Shown here one piece after another: positions 49,657-60,682 of a stretch of 64,000 nucleotides of DNA. Position numbers and translations under genes: made by a program. The notes beneath the pieces were generated by a model. That model saw only the letters and a list, made by a program, of their open reading frames with translations, was not told the DNA's origin and ran no database searches. Every line of letters starts with the position of its first letter. Within the stretch, counting starts at the first letter, position 1. Source of the stretch: an uncultured delta proteobacterium (GTDB lineage: Bacteria; Desulfobacterota; RBG-13-43-22); NCBI GenBank assembly GCA_963743305.1, contig CAVUPH010000037.1:15177-79176 (forward strand), given 5' to 3'.

Positions 49657-50756
49657 AAGCGACCCAACGACTGCACGATCTCGGGCAGAGCCTTTGGCTC
49701 GACAATATTACCCGTGGGCTCCTGACCAAAGGGACCCTCCATCATTATATCACCGAACTTTCGGTGACGGGGCTCACCTCGAACCCCACGATCTTCGATC
49801 AGGCCATCAAAAATAATGACTTCTACGATGAGACCATCCGCCAAAAGATACGGGAGGGGAAGTCGGGAGAAGCGTTATTCTTCGATCTGGCCCTGGAGGA
49901 TCTGGCCCAGGCGGCGGATCTCTTTCGGCCGATCTACGAGGCAACCGACGGGGTCGACGGTTGGGTCTCCTTGGAGGTTTCACCGCTTCTCGCCTACGAT
50001 ACGGCGGGCAGCATCCAAGAGGCGGCTGAGCTGCACGGCCGAGCGAAACGACCTAACCTCTTCATCAAGATTCCGGGCACTCCGGAAGGACTTCCGGCCA
50101 TCGAGGAGACGATCTTTCAAGGAGTGCCGGTGAATGTCACCCTCTTGTTCTCCCGAGAGCAGTATCTCGCCGCGTCCGCCGCCTACCTGCGAGGGATCGA
50201 GCGGCGGATCGAAGCCGGTCTCGGCCCGAAAGTCGGCTCCGTGGCCTCCCTCTTCATCAGTCGTTGGGACAAAGCGGTTATGGGAAAAGTTCCGGCGGAA
50301 CTTCAGAACCGTCTCGGTCCGGCGATCGCCGGAAGGACCTACCGGGCCTACCAAGATCTGCTGACCTCGTCCCGGTGGCGGAAACTTGCCCAAGCCGGAG
50401 CGCAGCCGCAGCGCCTCCTGTGGGCCAGCACCGGCACGAAAGATCCTCAGGCTTCCGATGTCCTTTACATTGAGGCGCTCGCGGCCCCAAGGACCATCAA
50501 CACGATGCCGGAGGAGACGTTGCTCGCCTTCGCCGATCACGGCCAAGTGAATGACGTGTTGCCGGTTGACGGCGGCCAGGCCGAAGAAATACTCGCCCGA
50601 TTCGCCAAGGTGGGTGTGGACCAGGCGGCTCTGGCTGCTCAACTCCAGAGGGAGGGGACCCAATCGTTCGTCAAGTCCTGGAACGAGCTGATAGATTCCA
50701 TCGCGTCCAAGAGCAGCGCGCTCGGAAAGCCGACTCAACCGGGAGGGAAACGATGA
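49653..50756 (+). CDS. tal: Transaldolase
   Basis: [40 protein letters not shown]. Confidence 0.96.
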   Translation: MKATQRLHDLGQSLWLDNITRGLLTKGTLHHYITELSVTGLTSNPTIFDQAIKNNDFYDETIRQKIREGKSGEALFFDLALEDLAQAADLFRPIYEATDGVDGWVSLEVSPLLAYDTAGSIQEAAELHGRAKRPNLFIKIPGTPEGLPAIEETIFQGVPVNVTLLFSREQYLAASAAYLRGIERRIEAGLGPKVGSVASLFISRWDKAVMGKVPAELQNRLGPAIAGRTYRAYQDLLTSSRWRKLAQAGAQPQRLLWASTGTKDPQASDVLYIEALAAPRTINTMPEETLLAFADHGQVNDVLPVDGGQAEEILARFAKVGVDQAALAAQLQREGTQSFVKSWNELIDSIASKSSALGKPTQPGGKR

Positions 50757-52411
50757 TGACCACGAACGCCACCTCGAAACCACGGTCACTGACGGAGAAG
50801 TTGGCCTGGAAGGCCCTGGGAGAGCATTACCAGCGCCTTCGCCAAGTGCATCTGCGGTCGCTTTTCGCCGATGATCCCCGGCGCGGCGAGCGCCTGGCCG
50901 CAGAAGGTGCCGGCCTTTACCTGGACTACTCGAAGAATCGCATTACCGCTGAGACGATCGGACTGCTCCTGAATCTGGCCGTGGAGTGCGGATTGCGTCA
51001 GCACCTCGAAGCCATGTTCCAGGGCCGGAAGATCAATATTACGGAGGATCGGGCCGTTCTCCACATTGCCTTGCGGGCGCCTAAGGGCGAGCGGATTCTC
51101 GTTGACGGAGTCGATGTCGTGTCCGAGGTGTACGCCGTACTCGATAGGATGGCTGCCTTCTCAGACCAGGTTCGCAACGGCCAGTGGCAGGGATACAGCG
51201 GAAAGCGCATCCGCAACGTCATCAACATCGGCATCGGTGGGTCCGATCTGGGCCCGGTCATGGCCTACGAGGCGCTAAAACACTACAGTAACCGTGACCT
51301 GGCCTTCCGCTTCGTCTCGAACGCGGACAGCACCGACTTCGAAGAGGCCACCCGTGATCTGGATCCCGGAGAAACGCTTTTTATTATCGCTTCGAAGACT
51401 TTCCTGACCCTCGAAACGATGACCAACGCCCACACCGCCCGTACCTGGGCGCTGAAAGCGCTGCACCAGGAAGAGGCTGTGGCCAGGCATTTCGTGGCGG
51501 TTTCGACGAACGTTGAAGCGGTAGCGAAGTTCGGCATCGATCCCGCGAACATGTTCGGATTCTGGGACTGGGTCGGCGGGCGCTACTCGATGGACTCGGC
51601 CATCGGTCTTTCGACCATGATGGCCATCGGCCCCGAAAATTTTCGGGCCCTGCTCGCCGGCTTTCGCTCGATGGACGAGCACTTCCGTACCGCTCCCTTG
51701 GAGAAGAACCTGCCCGTGATCCTGGGGTTGCTCTCGATCTGGTATAACAACTTCTTTGGCACGCAGACGGTGGCCGTCCTGCCCTACGCCCACTATCTCA
51801 AACGCTTCCCGGCCTATCTCCAGCAGTTGGTCATGGAGAGCAACGGCAAGCACGTCACGGTGGACGGCGCGGTCGTCAACTATCAAACCGGACCCATCTA
51901 TTGGGGCGAGCCAGGCACCAACGGCCAGCACTCCTTCTACCAGCTCATCCACCAGGGAACCAGACTGACCCCTTGCGATTTCATCGGTTTCTGCCGGACG
52001 TTAAACCCGCTCGACCATCATCACGACCTGCTGATGGCTAATCTCTTTGCTCAGACGGAAGCGCTGGCCTTTGGTAAGACCGGGGAGGAGCTCAAGGCCG
52101 AGGGAACACCGGACTGGCTGGTGCCGCACCGTATCTGCGAAGGCAATCGTCCGACGAACACTATTCTGGCGGAGCGGCTGACACCGGAGACGCTCGGCCA
52201 GTTGGTCGCGCTTTATGAACACGCGGTCTTCACTCAAGGGGTGATCTGGCACATCGATTCGTTTGACCAGTGGGGAGTCGAGCTCGGTAAGGTCCTGGCG
52301 AAGCGCATTCTTCCCGAGCTGGAAGGCGGCGGAGAACCGAAACTTCAGCATGACAGTTCGACCAATGCCCTCATCCGACGCTACCGTGGGTTCAATGGAG
52401 GCCAAGCATGA
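50753..52411 (+). CDS. pgi: Glucose-6-phosphate isomerase
   Basis: [41 protein letters not shown]. Confidence 0.97.
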   Translation: MMTTNATSKPRSLTEKLAWKALGEHYQRLRQVHLRSLFADDPRRGERLAAEGAGLYLDYSKNRITAETIGLLLNLAVECGLRQHLEAMFQGRKINITEDRAVLHIALRAPKGERILVDGVDVVSEVYAVLDRMAAFSDQVRNGQWQGYSGKRIRNVINIGIGGSDLGPVMAYEALKHYSNRDLAFRFVSNADSTDFEEATRDLDPGETLFIIASKTFLTLETMTNAHTARTWALKALHQEEAVARHFVAVSTNVEAVAKFGIDPANMFGFWDWVGGRYSMDSAIGLSTMMAIGPENFRALLAGFRSMDEHFRTAPLEKNLPVILGLLSIWYNNFFGTQTVAVLPYAHYLKRFPAYLQQLVMESNGKHVTVDGAVVNYQTGPIYWGEPGTNGQHSFYQLIHQGTRLTPCDFIGFCRTLNPLDHHHDLLMANLFAQTEALAFGKTGEELKAEGTPDWLVPHRICEGNRPTNTILAERLTPETLGQLVALYEHAVFTQGVIWHIDSFDQWGVELGKVLAKRILPELEGGGEPKLQHDSSTNALIRRYRGFNGGQA

Positions 52412-54075
52412 AAAAGAGCCCTCTGGCCGGAAAGCCGGCTGAACCGGCCATGCTGGTTAACGTGCCCAAACTGATTACGGCCTATTATACCGACGTACCC
52501 GATCCTTCGGTGCCGGAGCAACGGGTGGCCTTCGGCACCTCGGGGCATCGCGGCTCGGCCTTTCAGAAAGCTTTCAACGAACGGCATATTCTCGCCATCA
52601 GTCAGGCCATCTGCCAGTATCGCGGGCAGCAGAAGATCGATGGACCGCTGTTTCTTGGTATGGACACGCATGCCCTTTCCGTGCCAGCCCTGGCCAGCGC
52701 CCTGGAGGTGCTGGCGGCCAACGGGGTGGAAGTCCTGATTGCCGGAAAAGAAGAATATACGCCAACCCCGGTCATATCCCATGCCATTCTCACCTATAAC
52801 CACGGTCGCCGGACCGGTTTGGCCGACGGGATTGTAATTACCCCTTCGCATAATCCGCCCCATGATGGCGGCTTCAAGTACAACCCGCCCAACGGCGGAC
52901 CGGCGGAACGCGCCGTCACCGACTGGATCGAAGCGAAGTCCAACGCCTTTCTTGAGAGCCGCCTGGTGGGTGTGAAGCGAATTTCTTTCGACAACGCCCT
53001 GCGCGCCCCCTCTACGCACCGTCACGACTACCTTAATGCCTACGTTAGCGACCTTGGCCAGGTAATCGACCTGAACGCCATTCGCGACGCGAAGATCAGT
53101 CTGGGGGTGGATCCGCTCGGCGGCGCCGGGGTTCATTACTGGGCGCCTATCGCCGAACGTTACGGGTTGAACCTCACAGTCGTCAACGAGGCCGTCGACC
53201 CGACTTTCCGTTTTATGACGGTGGATTGGGACGGCCAGATCCGCATGGACCCATCCTCGCCTGACGCCATGCAGCGGTTAATCGGTCTGAAGGATCGCTT
53301 CGAAATCGCCTTCGCCTGCGATACCGATCACGACCGGCACGGGATTGTCACCCGGAGCGCAGGACTGCTGCCGCCCAACCACTACCTGGCGGCCGCCATC
53401 TTCTACCTCTTCCAACACCGACCGAAATGGCCCACAAAAGCGGCGGTCGGCAAGACGGTGGTGAGCAGCCGGATGATCGATCTCGTCGCCGCGAAACTGG
53501 GGCGGAAGCTCTATGAGGTGCCGGTGGGCTTCAAGTGGTTCGTGGAGGGTCTGCTCGACGGCTCGCTGGGTTTCGGCGGGGAAGAGAGCGCGGGCGCTTC
53601 GTTCGTCCGTCGGGATGGCCACGTCTGGACGACGGACAAAGACGGGATCGTTCCGGCTTTGCTCGCGGCGGAGATCACGGCAAGACTGGGCCGCGACCCC
53701 GGCGAAGTCTACCGCGAACTCACCCGCGAGTTCGGTGAACCGGTTTACGAACGAGTGGAGGCCCCGGCCACTCCGGAGCAAAAAGAACTATTGGGGAAAC
53801 TCTCACCCGAGCAGGTTAAGCTCACCGAACTGGGGGGCGAAAAGATCCAGGCTGTCCTCATCCGGGCGCCGGGCAACGGCGCATCCCTCGGGGGGTTGAA
53901 GGTAATAGCGGAAAGCGCCTGGTTCGCGGCCCGTCCGTCAGGGACGGAAGACATCTACAAGATCTACGCGGAGAGCTTCCGGGGAGCGGATCATCTGCGC
54001 CGTATCCTCGATGAAGCGCAGACCATCGTTAATGATGCTCTGGCGGTCCCTGCAGCGCCCGGGGATTCCGGGTAA
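52408..54075 (+). CDS. pgm: Phosphoglucomutase
   Basis: [32 protein letters not shown]. Confidence 0.97.
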   Translation: MKKSPLAGKPAEPAMLVNVPKLITAYYTDVPDPSVPEQRVAFGTSGHRGSAFQKAFNERHILAISQAICQYRGQQKIDGPLFLGMDTHALSVPALASALEVLAANGVEVLIAGKEEYTPTPVISHAILTYNHGRRTGLADGIVITPSHNPPHDGGFKYNPPNGGPAERAVTDWIEAKSNAFLESRLVGVKRISFDNALRAPSTHRHDYLNAYVSDLGQVIDLNAIRDAKISLGVDPLGGAGVHYWAPIAERYGLNLTVVNEAVDPTFRFMTVDWDGQIRMDPSSPDAMQRLIGLKDRFEIAFACDTDHDRHGIVTRSAGLLPPNHYLAAAIFYLFQHRPKWPTKAAVGKTVVSSRMIDLVAAKLGRKLYEVPVGFKWFVEGLLDGSLGFGGEESAGASFVRRDGHVWTTDKDGIVPALLAAEITARLGRDPGEVYRELTREFGEPVYERVEAPATPEQKELLGKLSPEQVKLTELGGEKIQAVLIRAPGNGASLGGLKVIAESAWFAARPSGTEDIYKIYAESFRGADHLRRILDEAQTIVNDALAVPAAPGDSG

Positions 54076-54096
54076 GATAAATTTGAAGGAGAAACC

Positions 54097-56646
54097 ATGA
54101 GCAAACAACCACCGGTCAGTAAGCCGATCTACAGTCTTTTACCTACGGATGTCGAAGGATTCGATTCCCTGGCGGAGCTGGCTTTAGATATGCGCTGGTC
54201 GTGGAATCATGCGACCGACGACGTCTGGCGCCAGCTGGATCCCGCGCTTTGGGAGTTCACTCAAAACCCTTGGGTCGTCCTCCAGACGGTCTCGAGGGAC
54301 AAGCTCCGGCGCGTGTCAGCCGATCCCGCCTTCCGCAAAAGGGTCGATGCGCTCGTGCGAGCCAGGCGTCGGGCGGCGAAAGCCCCGGCCTGGTTTCAGC
54401 AAGATCATCCCCAGTCACCCCTGACCCGGGTGGCCTATTTCAGTATGGAATTCATGTTGAGCGAAGCCCTGCCCATCTACTCCGGGGGGCTCGGCAATGT
54501 GGCCGGCGATCAACTCAAAGCGGCCAGCGATCTGGGCGTGCCGGTAGTCGGCGTGGGGCTGCTTTACCAACAAGGCTATTTTAGGCAGGTGCTCGATAAG
54601 GGCGGAGCGCAACAGGCCCTTTTTCCCTACAACGATCCCGGGCAATTGCCCATCACGCCCTTGCGACAGTCGAACGGGGAGTGGTTGCGGCTGGAGCTCG
54701 ACCTGCCCGGTTATCCGGTCTGGTTGCGCGCCTGGCAGGTCCAGGTCGGCCGAGTGTCGCTTTACCTGCTGGACAGCAACGACCTGGGGAACCTCCCGGC
54801 TCACCGAGGCATTACCAGCGAGCTCTACGGGGGCGGGCCGGAATTACGTCTTAATCAAGAGTTGGTACTCGGGATCGGCGGCTGGCGGCTGCTCCAGGCG
54901 CTCGGGATAAAACCTGAAGTCTGCCACCTGAATGAAGGGCACGCGGCCCTCGCCGTGTTGGAACGGGCCCGAACCTTCATGGAAGAGACCGGACAACCCT
55001 TCGAAGTCGCACTGAGCGCCACCCGATCGGGGAATCTTTTTACCACGCATACACCGGTGGCCGTCGGATTTGATCGTTTCGGTCCGGCCCTCATCGAACA
55101 ATACCTCGGCGGGTATGCTCAGAACCAACTCGGCATTTCACTTCACGATTTGCTGGCCCTGGGGCGCGCCAACCCGAACGACTCTGCTGAAGCCTTTAAT
55201 ATGGCCTACCTGGCTGTGCGAGGAAGCGGAGCGGTTAACGGGGTGAGCCGCTTGCACGGGAAGGTGAGCCGACGGATTTTTACGCCTCTTTTTCCGCGCT
55301 GGCCGAAAGAGGAAGTGCCCATCGGACATGTTACCAACGGAGTCCACATGCCGAGCTGGGACTCGGCTGAATCGGACGATCTGTGGACCAAAGCCTGCGG
55401 AAAAGGTCGCTGGCTGGGGACGGTTGAAACCTTGGAACGGGACATTTGCCGCGTTTCAGACACCAGGCTCTGGCAACTTCGCAGCGTCGCCAGCAAATCT
55501 CTTGTGGAATACGCCCGCGAACGATTGTCCCGGCAACTGGTCGCCTCAGGCGCGTCGCCCCAGGCGGTTGACGACGCCAAGCACCTGTTTGATCCCAACG
55601 CGTTGACGCTGGGCTTTGCGCGTCGTTTCGCGACCTACAAGAGGCCCAACCTGCTGCTCCACGACCCGGAGCGACTGCTTCGCCTGTTAACCAATCGGGA
55701 GCGGCCGGTGCAACTCATCCTGGCCGGCAAGGCCCATCCGGCGGACCAGGCGGGGCAGACCTTGATTCAGGAATGGATCCATTTCATTCGGCGCCCCGAG
55801 GCCCGTTCCCAGGTGATTTTCCTCAGCGACTACGATATGCTTTTGACCGAGCACCTGGTGCAGGGGGTGGACGTCTGGATCAACACGCCACGGCGACCCT
55901 GGGAGGCCTGCGGAACGAGCGGCATGAAGGTGCTGGTCAATGGAGGCATTAATCTCTCGGAATTGGACGGCTGGTGGGCGGAAGCTTTTACGCCTGAAGT
56001 GGGGTGGGCGCTGGGGGACGGTCAGGAACATGGCGACGATCCGGCCTGGGACGGCGCCGAAGCCCAGGCGCTCTACGACTTGCTCGAACGTAAGGTGATC
56101 CCCGAGTTTTATACCCGCGACAAGAAGGGAATCCCAACTGACTGGGTGGCCCGCATGCGTGAAAGCATGGCGCAATTGACTCCGCAGTTTTCCGCGAACC
56201 GCACCGTGCGAGAATACACCGAAAAACACTACATCCCCGCGGCTGAGGCCTACCACCGGCGTGTTGCTGATAAAGGCGCAGTGGGCAGGCAAGTGGTCGA
56301 TTGGCAGCGTGCTATGGAACAACACTGGTCCAATCTGCATTTTGGCGAGATGAAGGTAGCGACCGACGGGGAGAATCACGTCTTCGAGGTTCAGGTTTAC
56401 CTCAGCGGTCTTGACCCGAATACTGTGCGCGTAGAACTTTACGCCGACGGAGGGAACGGCGGAGAGCCGGTCCGGCAGGAGATGACGCGCGGTCAGAAAC
56501 TACCGGACGCAAATGGCTCCGTCTATCGCTATAGCGCGCAGGTGCCCGCAACACGTCCGCTGACGGACTATACAGTGCGAATGATACCGTACCATCCCAG
56601 TGCGAAGGTTCCGCTCGAAGCTTCCCGAATCCTATGGCAACGGTGA
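54097..56646 (+). CDS. glgP: Alpha-glucan (glycogen) phosphorylase
   Basis: YFSMEF, YSGGLG, HLNEGH, ARRFATYKR, EACGTSGMK. Confidence 0.96.
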   Translation: MSKQPPVSKPIYSLLPTDVEGFDSLAELALDMRWSWNHATDDVWRQLDPALWEFTQNPWVVLQTVSRDKLRRVSADPAFRKRVDALVRARRRAAKAPAWFQQDHPQSPLTRVAYFSMEFMLSEALPIYSGGLGNVAGDQLKAASDLGVPVVGVGLLYQQGYFRQVLDKGGAQQALFPYNDPGQLPITPLRQSNGEWLRLELDLPGYPVWLRAWQVQVGRVSLYLLDSNDLGNLPAHRGITSELYGGGPELRLNQELVLGIGGWRLLQALGIKPEVCHLNEGHAALAVLERARTFMEETGQPFEVALSATRSGNLFTTHTPVAVGFDRFGPALIEQYLGGYAQNQLGISLHDLLALGRANPNDSAEAFNMAYLAVRGSGAVNGVSRLHGKVSRRIFTPLFPRWPKEEVPIGHVTNGVHMPSWDSAESDDLWTKACGKGRWLGTVETLERDICRVSDTRLWQLRSVASKSLVEYARERLSRQLVASGASPQAVDDAKHLFDPNALTLGFARRFATYKRPNLLLHDPERLLRLLTNRERPVQLILAGKAHPADQAGQTLIQEWIHFIRRPEARSQVIFLSDYDMLLTEHLVQGVDVWINTPRRPWEACGTSGMKVLVNGGINLSELDGWWAEAFTPEVGWALGDGQEHGDDPAWDGAEAQALYDLLERKVIPEFYTRDKKGIPTDWVARMRESMAQLTPQFSANRTVREYTEKHYIPAAEAYHRRVADKGAVGRQVVDWQRAMEQHWSNLHFGEMKVATDGENHVFEVQVYLSGLDPNTVRVELYADGGNGGEPVRQEMTRGQKLPDANGSVYRYSAQVPATRPLTDYTVRMIPYHPSAKVPLEASRILWQR

Positions 56647-56751
56647 ATCGATTTTGAATATCTTTAGAAAGGAGGTAGTCAACGAGGTTATAGCAATCCG
56701 ACCCGAGTCGTATCATAACTATTAAAATCACAAATCTAAGGAGGATTTACC

Positions 56752-57267
56752 ATGACAAAGGGAAATGTAGGTATTGCTGTATTTAGTACCCATGTTGAAG
56801 CCGAAACTGCTGTGAAGGAATTGCAGAAATCGGGTTTCGATATGAAAAAACTGTCCATCGTGGGGAAAGACTATCACACGGAGGATCAGGTTATCGGCTA
56901 CTACCATACGGGAGACCGCATGATGTACTGGGGTAAACTGGGCGCTTTTTGGGGCGGTCTGTGGGGTATTTTATTCGGCGCCGCCTTCTTCTTGATTCCC
57001 GGAATTGGTCCGCTGGTGGTCGCCGGTCCACTCGTCGCCTCAATCGTTGGGGGACTGGAGGGAGCTGTGGCCGTCGGAGGATTAACGGCCCTTGGCGCAG
57101 GGCTTTACAGCCTGGGTATTCCGAAGGACAGCGTTATCAATTATGAAAAATCCATCAAGTCCGACAAGTTTTTGATAGTGGTTCATGGCTCGGGGGATGA
57201 GCTGGCCAGGGCCAAGGACATCCTCAAAAGTGCCGGCCACGAGGTGAACGTTCATTCTCAAAGTTAG
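56752..57267 (+). CDS. General stress protein-like membrane protein (YflT/DUF1269-like)
   Basis: AVKELQKSGFDMKKLSIVG followed by a glycine-zipper region IPGIGPLVVAGP. Confidence 0.8.
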   Translation: MTKGNVGIAVFSTHVEAETAVKELQKSGFDMKKLSIVGKDYHTEDQVIGYYHTGDRMMYWGKLGAFWGGLWGILFGAAFFLIPGIGPLVVAGPLVASIVGGLEGAVAVGGLTALGAGLYSLGIPKDSVINYEKSIKSDKFLIVVHGSGDELARAKDILKSAGHEVNVHSQS

Positions 57268-57349
57268 AAATGACCGGCCTGGTGGTCTGGCTGCTGAGGG
57301 GAAGGCGCCACAATATGGCCTTGTAACAACAGACCATTCATTTAATCTA

Positions 57350-57390
57350 TGGCCGGAGCTGTCCAACCTATGGAGAAAAAGCTCCGGCCA
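57350..57390. terminator. Stem-loop (terminator or mRNA-stabilising)
   Basis: tggccggagct / agctccggcca 11-bp stem; no clear T tract. Confidence 0.4.
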
Positions 57391-57440
57391 ACCCGAAAAA
57401 CGGTTCCTATTCAGGGGACCAACTCACGGGGGTAATCGAA

Positions 57441-58364
57441 ATGAGAAAAAGCAGCTCTTTTGCAGCATTGATCTTCATCGTAATTCTTGGTCTTGGCCTG
57501 GGATTGGCATTTGCCATGTTTAGACTTACGGCTAACCTGGAAAGCGCCTGGATTGGATTCGCTGCCTTTCTTATCGCCCTCATTGTTTCTCTCGCCATTA
57601 AAATTGCGGATCAGTGGGAAAGGGTGGTGATATTACGGTTAGGCAAGTTTCGCTCCCTCAAGGGACCGGGATTGTTTTTTATTATCCCGGTCATCGATTC
57701 GATACCTTACTGGATTGACACCCGCGTGATTACCGCTTCTTTCAAGGCCGAAAAAACCCTTACCAAAGATACGGTGCCGGTGGATGTCGATGCCGTGTTA
57801 TTTTGGAAAGTTTTGGACACCAAGAAGGCAGCCCTGGATGTAGCCGACTATAAAAGCGCCATAAGTTGGGCCTCCCAAACGGCTCTACGTGATGTCATTG
57901 GCAAGACCATGCTTTCGGACATGCTGGAAGGCAGGGAAAAGATCAGTAAGGAACTGCAGAAGATCATTGACGAGCGGACCGAACCATGGGGCATTAATGT
58001 GATTTCGGTGGAAGTCAAGGATGTACTGATTCCCTCGGCCTTGGAGGATGCGATGTCAATGCAGGCTCAAGCGGAAAGAGAACGCCAGGCCCGGGTGATT
58101 CTGGGAGATTCGGAGCGACAGGTGGCGGAGAAGTTCGGAGAAGCGGCCAAGACTTATACCAACAATCCTATCGCCCTTCATTTGAGGGCTATGAACATGC
58201 TTTATGAAGGTTTGAAGCAGAACGCCACGATCGTCATTGTACCCAGTACAGCCGTGGAAACCATGCAACTGGGGAGTATTGCCGGGGTGACCGCCCTGAC
58301 TATGGGATTGGGCCAGGAGCGCGCCAACAAAGAGAAGGAAAACGAGATCAGAAAACAAGAATGA
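57441..58364 (+). CDS. SPFH/stomatin (slipin) family protein
   Basis: QWERVVILRLG, LTKDTVPVDVDAV, QTALRDVIG, QAQAERERQA. Confidence 0.93.
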   Translation: MRKSSSFAALIFIVILGLGLGLAFAMFRLTANLESAWIGFAAFLIALIVSLAIKIADQWERVVILRLGKFRSLKGPGLFFIIPVIDSIPYWIDTRVITASFKAEKTLTKDTVPVDVDAVLFWKVLDTKKAALDVADYKSAISWASQTALRDVIGKTMLSDMLEGREKISKELQKIIDERTEPWGINVISVEVKDVLIPSALEDAMSMQAQAERERQARVILGDSERQVAEKFGEAAKTYTNNPIALHLRAMNMLYEGLKQNATIVIVPSTAVETMQLGSIAGVTALTMGLGQERANKEKENEIRKQE

Positions 58365-58397
58365 CTTCAATGAACGATAGGGGTTGTCGAGGCTCGA

Positions 58398-58443
58398 AAT
58401 CATTTGGCCGCATCCGGCGACCCTCGGAGGCGGCCAAATGATT
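58398..58443. terminator. Strong intergenic stem-loop
   Basis: aatcatttggccgc / gcggccaaatgatt 14-bp stem. Confidence 0.45.
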
Positions 58444-58484
58444 ACGTCTACCGCTAAAAAAAGAACTAAAAGGAGGAAGACAAA

Positions 58485-59423
58485 ATGAGAAGGGCTCTGC
58501 TAATCATTCTTTTGGCTATGGTCGGTCTATTTCTTGGGACGAATGGCTTCACTCAAGAGAAAAAAGGGCCGGGGGTCGGAGGACCAGCTAACAAAACGGT
58601 CGAAGGTCAGCAAATCAACGCCTTTATGGTGGAGAAAATCATAGGCTCCAAGGTGATTAATCTGAAAGGGGAGACGTTGGGAAAGATTGAGAATTTAGTC
58701 GTTGATATCGATACGGGAAGGATTGTGTACGCCGTCCTTGGATCCGGTGGTTTTTTGGACATCGGGGAAAAGCTCTTTCCCGTCCCTTGGAAATCTCTGG
58801 CCGCGCTTCCATCAGAAGGCCTGTTCTTCCTCAATCAATCGAAAGAACAAATGAAAAAGGCACCTGCTTTTGACAAGAAAGATTTGCCAAACATGGGGGA
58901 TAGGCGTTGGGGGGCCAACGTTTTCAAGTACTATGGTGCCCCCCCCGGTTATGCACAAAAAAGGGGGCCACTCGGTGATGATTATAGTGATTATGATTAT
59001 TATGATTATTATGATTCCAGTTACCCGATCTCTCCTGGTTTAGGGATAAAACCTGTCTCACCGAGAGAAGACCCCTACAAAAAAATCTTTGACTCTAAGA
59101 CCATTAAGACTATCTCCGGAAAAGTGATAAAAATAGACCAGGTTCCCGAATTTGGATTTGGGTTTCAAATGCAATTGACTGTTTTTATAGCAAAAAATGA
59201 GATACTGATCGTTTACCTGGGTCCCGCCTACTACCTTATAGGTCCTTGGCAAGCCAAACATATTAAATTAGGCGATGACGTCACCGTGAGCGGCTCACAG
59301 GTCACACTTAGTGGGGAGCCCTTCATGATTGCCACAACTGTCACGCGAGGAAATGAAGTCTTGCGATTGAGAGACAAGGATGGGATTCCAGAATGGATTG
59401 GATGGAAAAAAACGAGTGATTGA
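58485..59423 (+). CDS. Exported PRC-barrel domain protein with C-terminal OB-fold-like domain
   Basis: Signal peptide; IGSKVINLKGETLGKIENL...GRIVYAVL...GGFLDIGEK...VPW; C-terminal VYLGP...GDDVTVSGS...LRLRD. Confidence 0.8.
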   Translation: MRRALLIILLAMVGLFLGTNGFTQEKKGPGVGGPANKTVEGQQINAFMVEKIIGSKVINLKGETLGKIENLVVDIDTGRIVYAVLGSGGFLDIGEKLFPVPWKSLAALPSEGLFFLNQSKEQMKKAPAFDKKDLPNMGDRRWGANVFKYYGAPPGYAQKRGPLGDDYSDYDYYDYYDSSYPISPGLGIKPVSPREDPYKKIFDSKTIKTISGKVIKIDQVPEFGFGFQMQLTVFIAKNEILIVYLGPAYYLIGPWQAKHIKLGDDVTVSGSQVTLSGEPFMIATTVTRGNEVLRLRDKDGIPEWIGWKKTSD

Positions 59424-59459
59424 TCGTTACCAAGTCCGATTGGAATCCGCTCGAATCGT

Positions 59460-59804
59460 ATGGCAACGATGATGAAAACGCCCCAACGCGAGTTACACGA
59501 TTACATTTCGGAGATCTCCGAACGTGCTGACGTTCGGTCGGGCTCTCCTCTGCCTGTGGGAACCCAGGAAAGGGGAGGAGGAGTTAATTTCGCCCTTTTC
59601 AGCCGACACGCCAGCCGCGTTCGATTGGAGTTGTTCGACCACCCCGAAGATGCCGTACCCGCCCGGGTAATCGATGAGGGAAACGAACCGGGGCCGACGC
59701 TTTGTTTCCGCGGGATGGATAACGCAATCTACTACACGCTGGCGGGCGACAAACGCTACTACAAGGACTACACGGGCACCGGCAACACCATCAACGCTAA
59801 CCAT
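59460..59804 (+). pseudogene. glgX: Glycogen debranching enzyme remnant with an internal deletion and lost C-terminal part
   Basis: [20 protein letters not shown] is joined directly to [20 protein letters not shown]...YTGTGNT, normally far apart. Confidence 0.85.
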
Positions 59805-60670
59805 TGTTCGTGGAACACCACAGCGCCGATGTCTGGGCTCATCCCGGGCTTTTCAAACTGGACGCCGGTGGAAACCCCACCGTGGTCGCAGGAGTTCCTC
59901 CCGACTATTTCTCCAAAACAGGACAATTGTGGGGTGCCCCCGTGTATCGCTGGGAGGCGCTTCAAGAGCAGAACTACACCTGGTGGATCGAACGCCTGCG
60001 GAAGGCTTTTGGACGGTTCGATGTCAATCGGCTGGATCATTTTATCGGCTTTGTCCGCACCTATGAAGTGCCTGCTAAAGCCAAGACGGCCTTGAACGGG
60101 CGGTACCAACCTGGCGGAGGCGTTTCATTTTTCGAGGCCGTCCGTGAAGCCCTGGGGATATTGCCTTTGATCGCGGATGATCTCGGTGCCACAACACCCG
60201 AAGTGGTGGCCTTACTGGATCGATTTCAGATCCCGGGCACACGGGTGCTCCAATTCGAGTTCGGCTCAAATCTTGAAACCAATTCAGCTCTACCGGAACA
60301 GCATCCCGTGAAGTCAGTGGTCTACACCGGAACTCATGATAACGACACGACCGCAGGCTGGTATCGGAAGTTGCCAAGCACGCAACGCAAAGCCTTGCAA
60401 AAACACCTGGGAGCAAACAACCGGGAGGTTACCTGGGCCATGATCCGTGAGGCGTTGGCCTCGCAGGCCGACACCGCCATCGTTCCAGCGCAAGACCTCC
60501 TGGAGCTGGGGTCGGAGTCGCGAATGAATTTTCCCGGAATAGCGAAAGGAAACTGGCGATGGCGCCTGAAAGATGGGGCGCTGACCCAGGAGCTCGCGCA
60601 ACGGCTGCGAAACATAACCATGACGTCTGGGCGTCTGAGGAGTGGTGAGTCCCCGGGGACAGGAAAATGA
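59801..60670 (+). pseudogene. malQ: 4-alpha-glucanotransferase, C-terminal half only
   Basis: [46 protein letters not shown]; N-terminal half missing. Confidence 0.85.
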
Positions 60671-60682
60671 CCCGACGGCATC

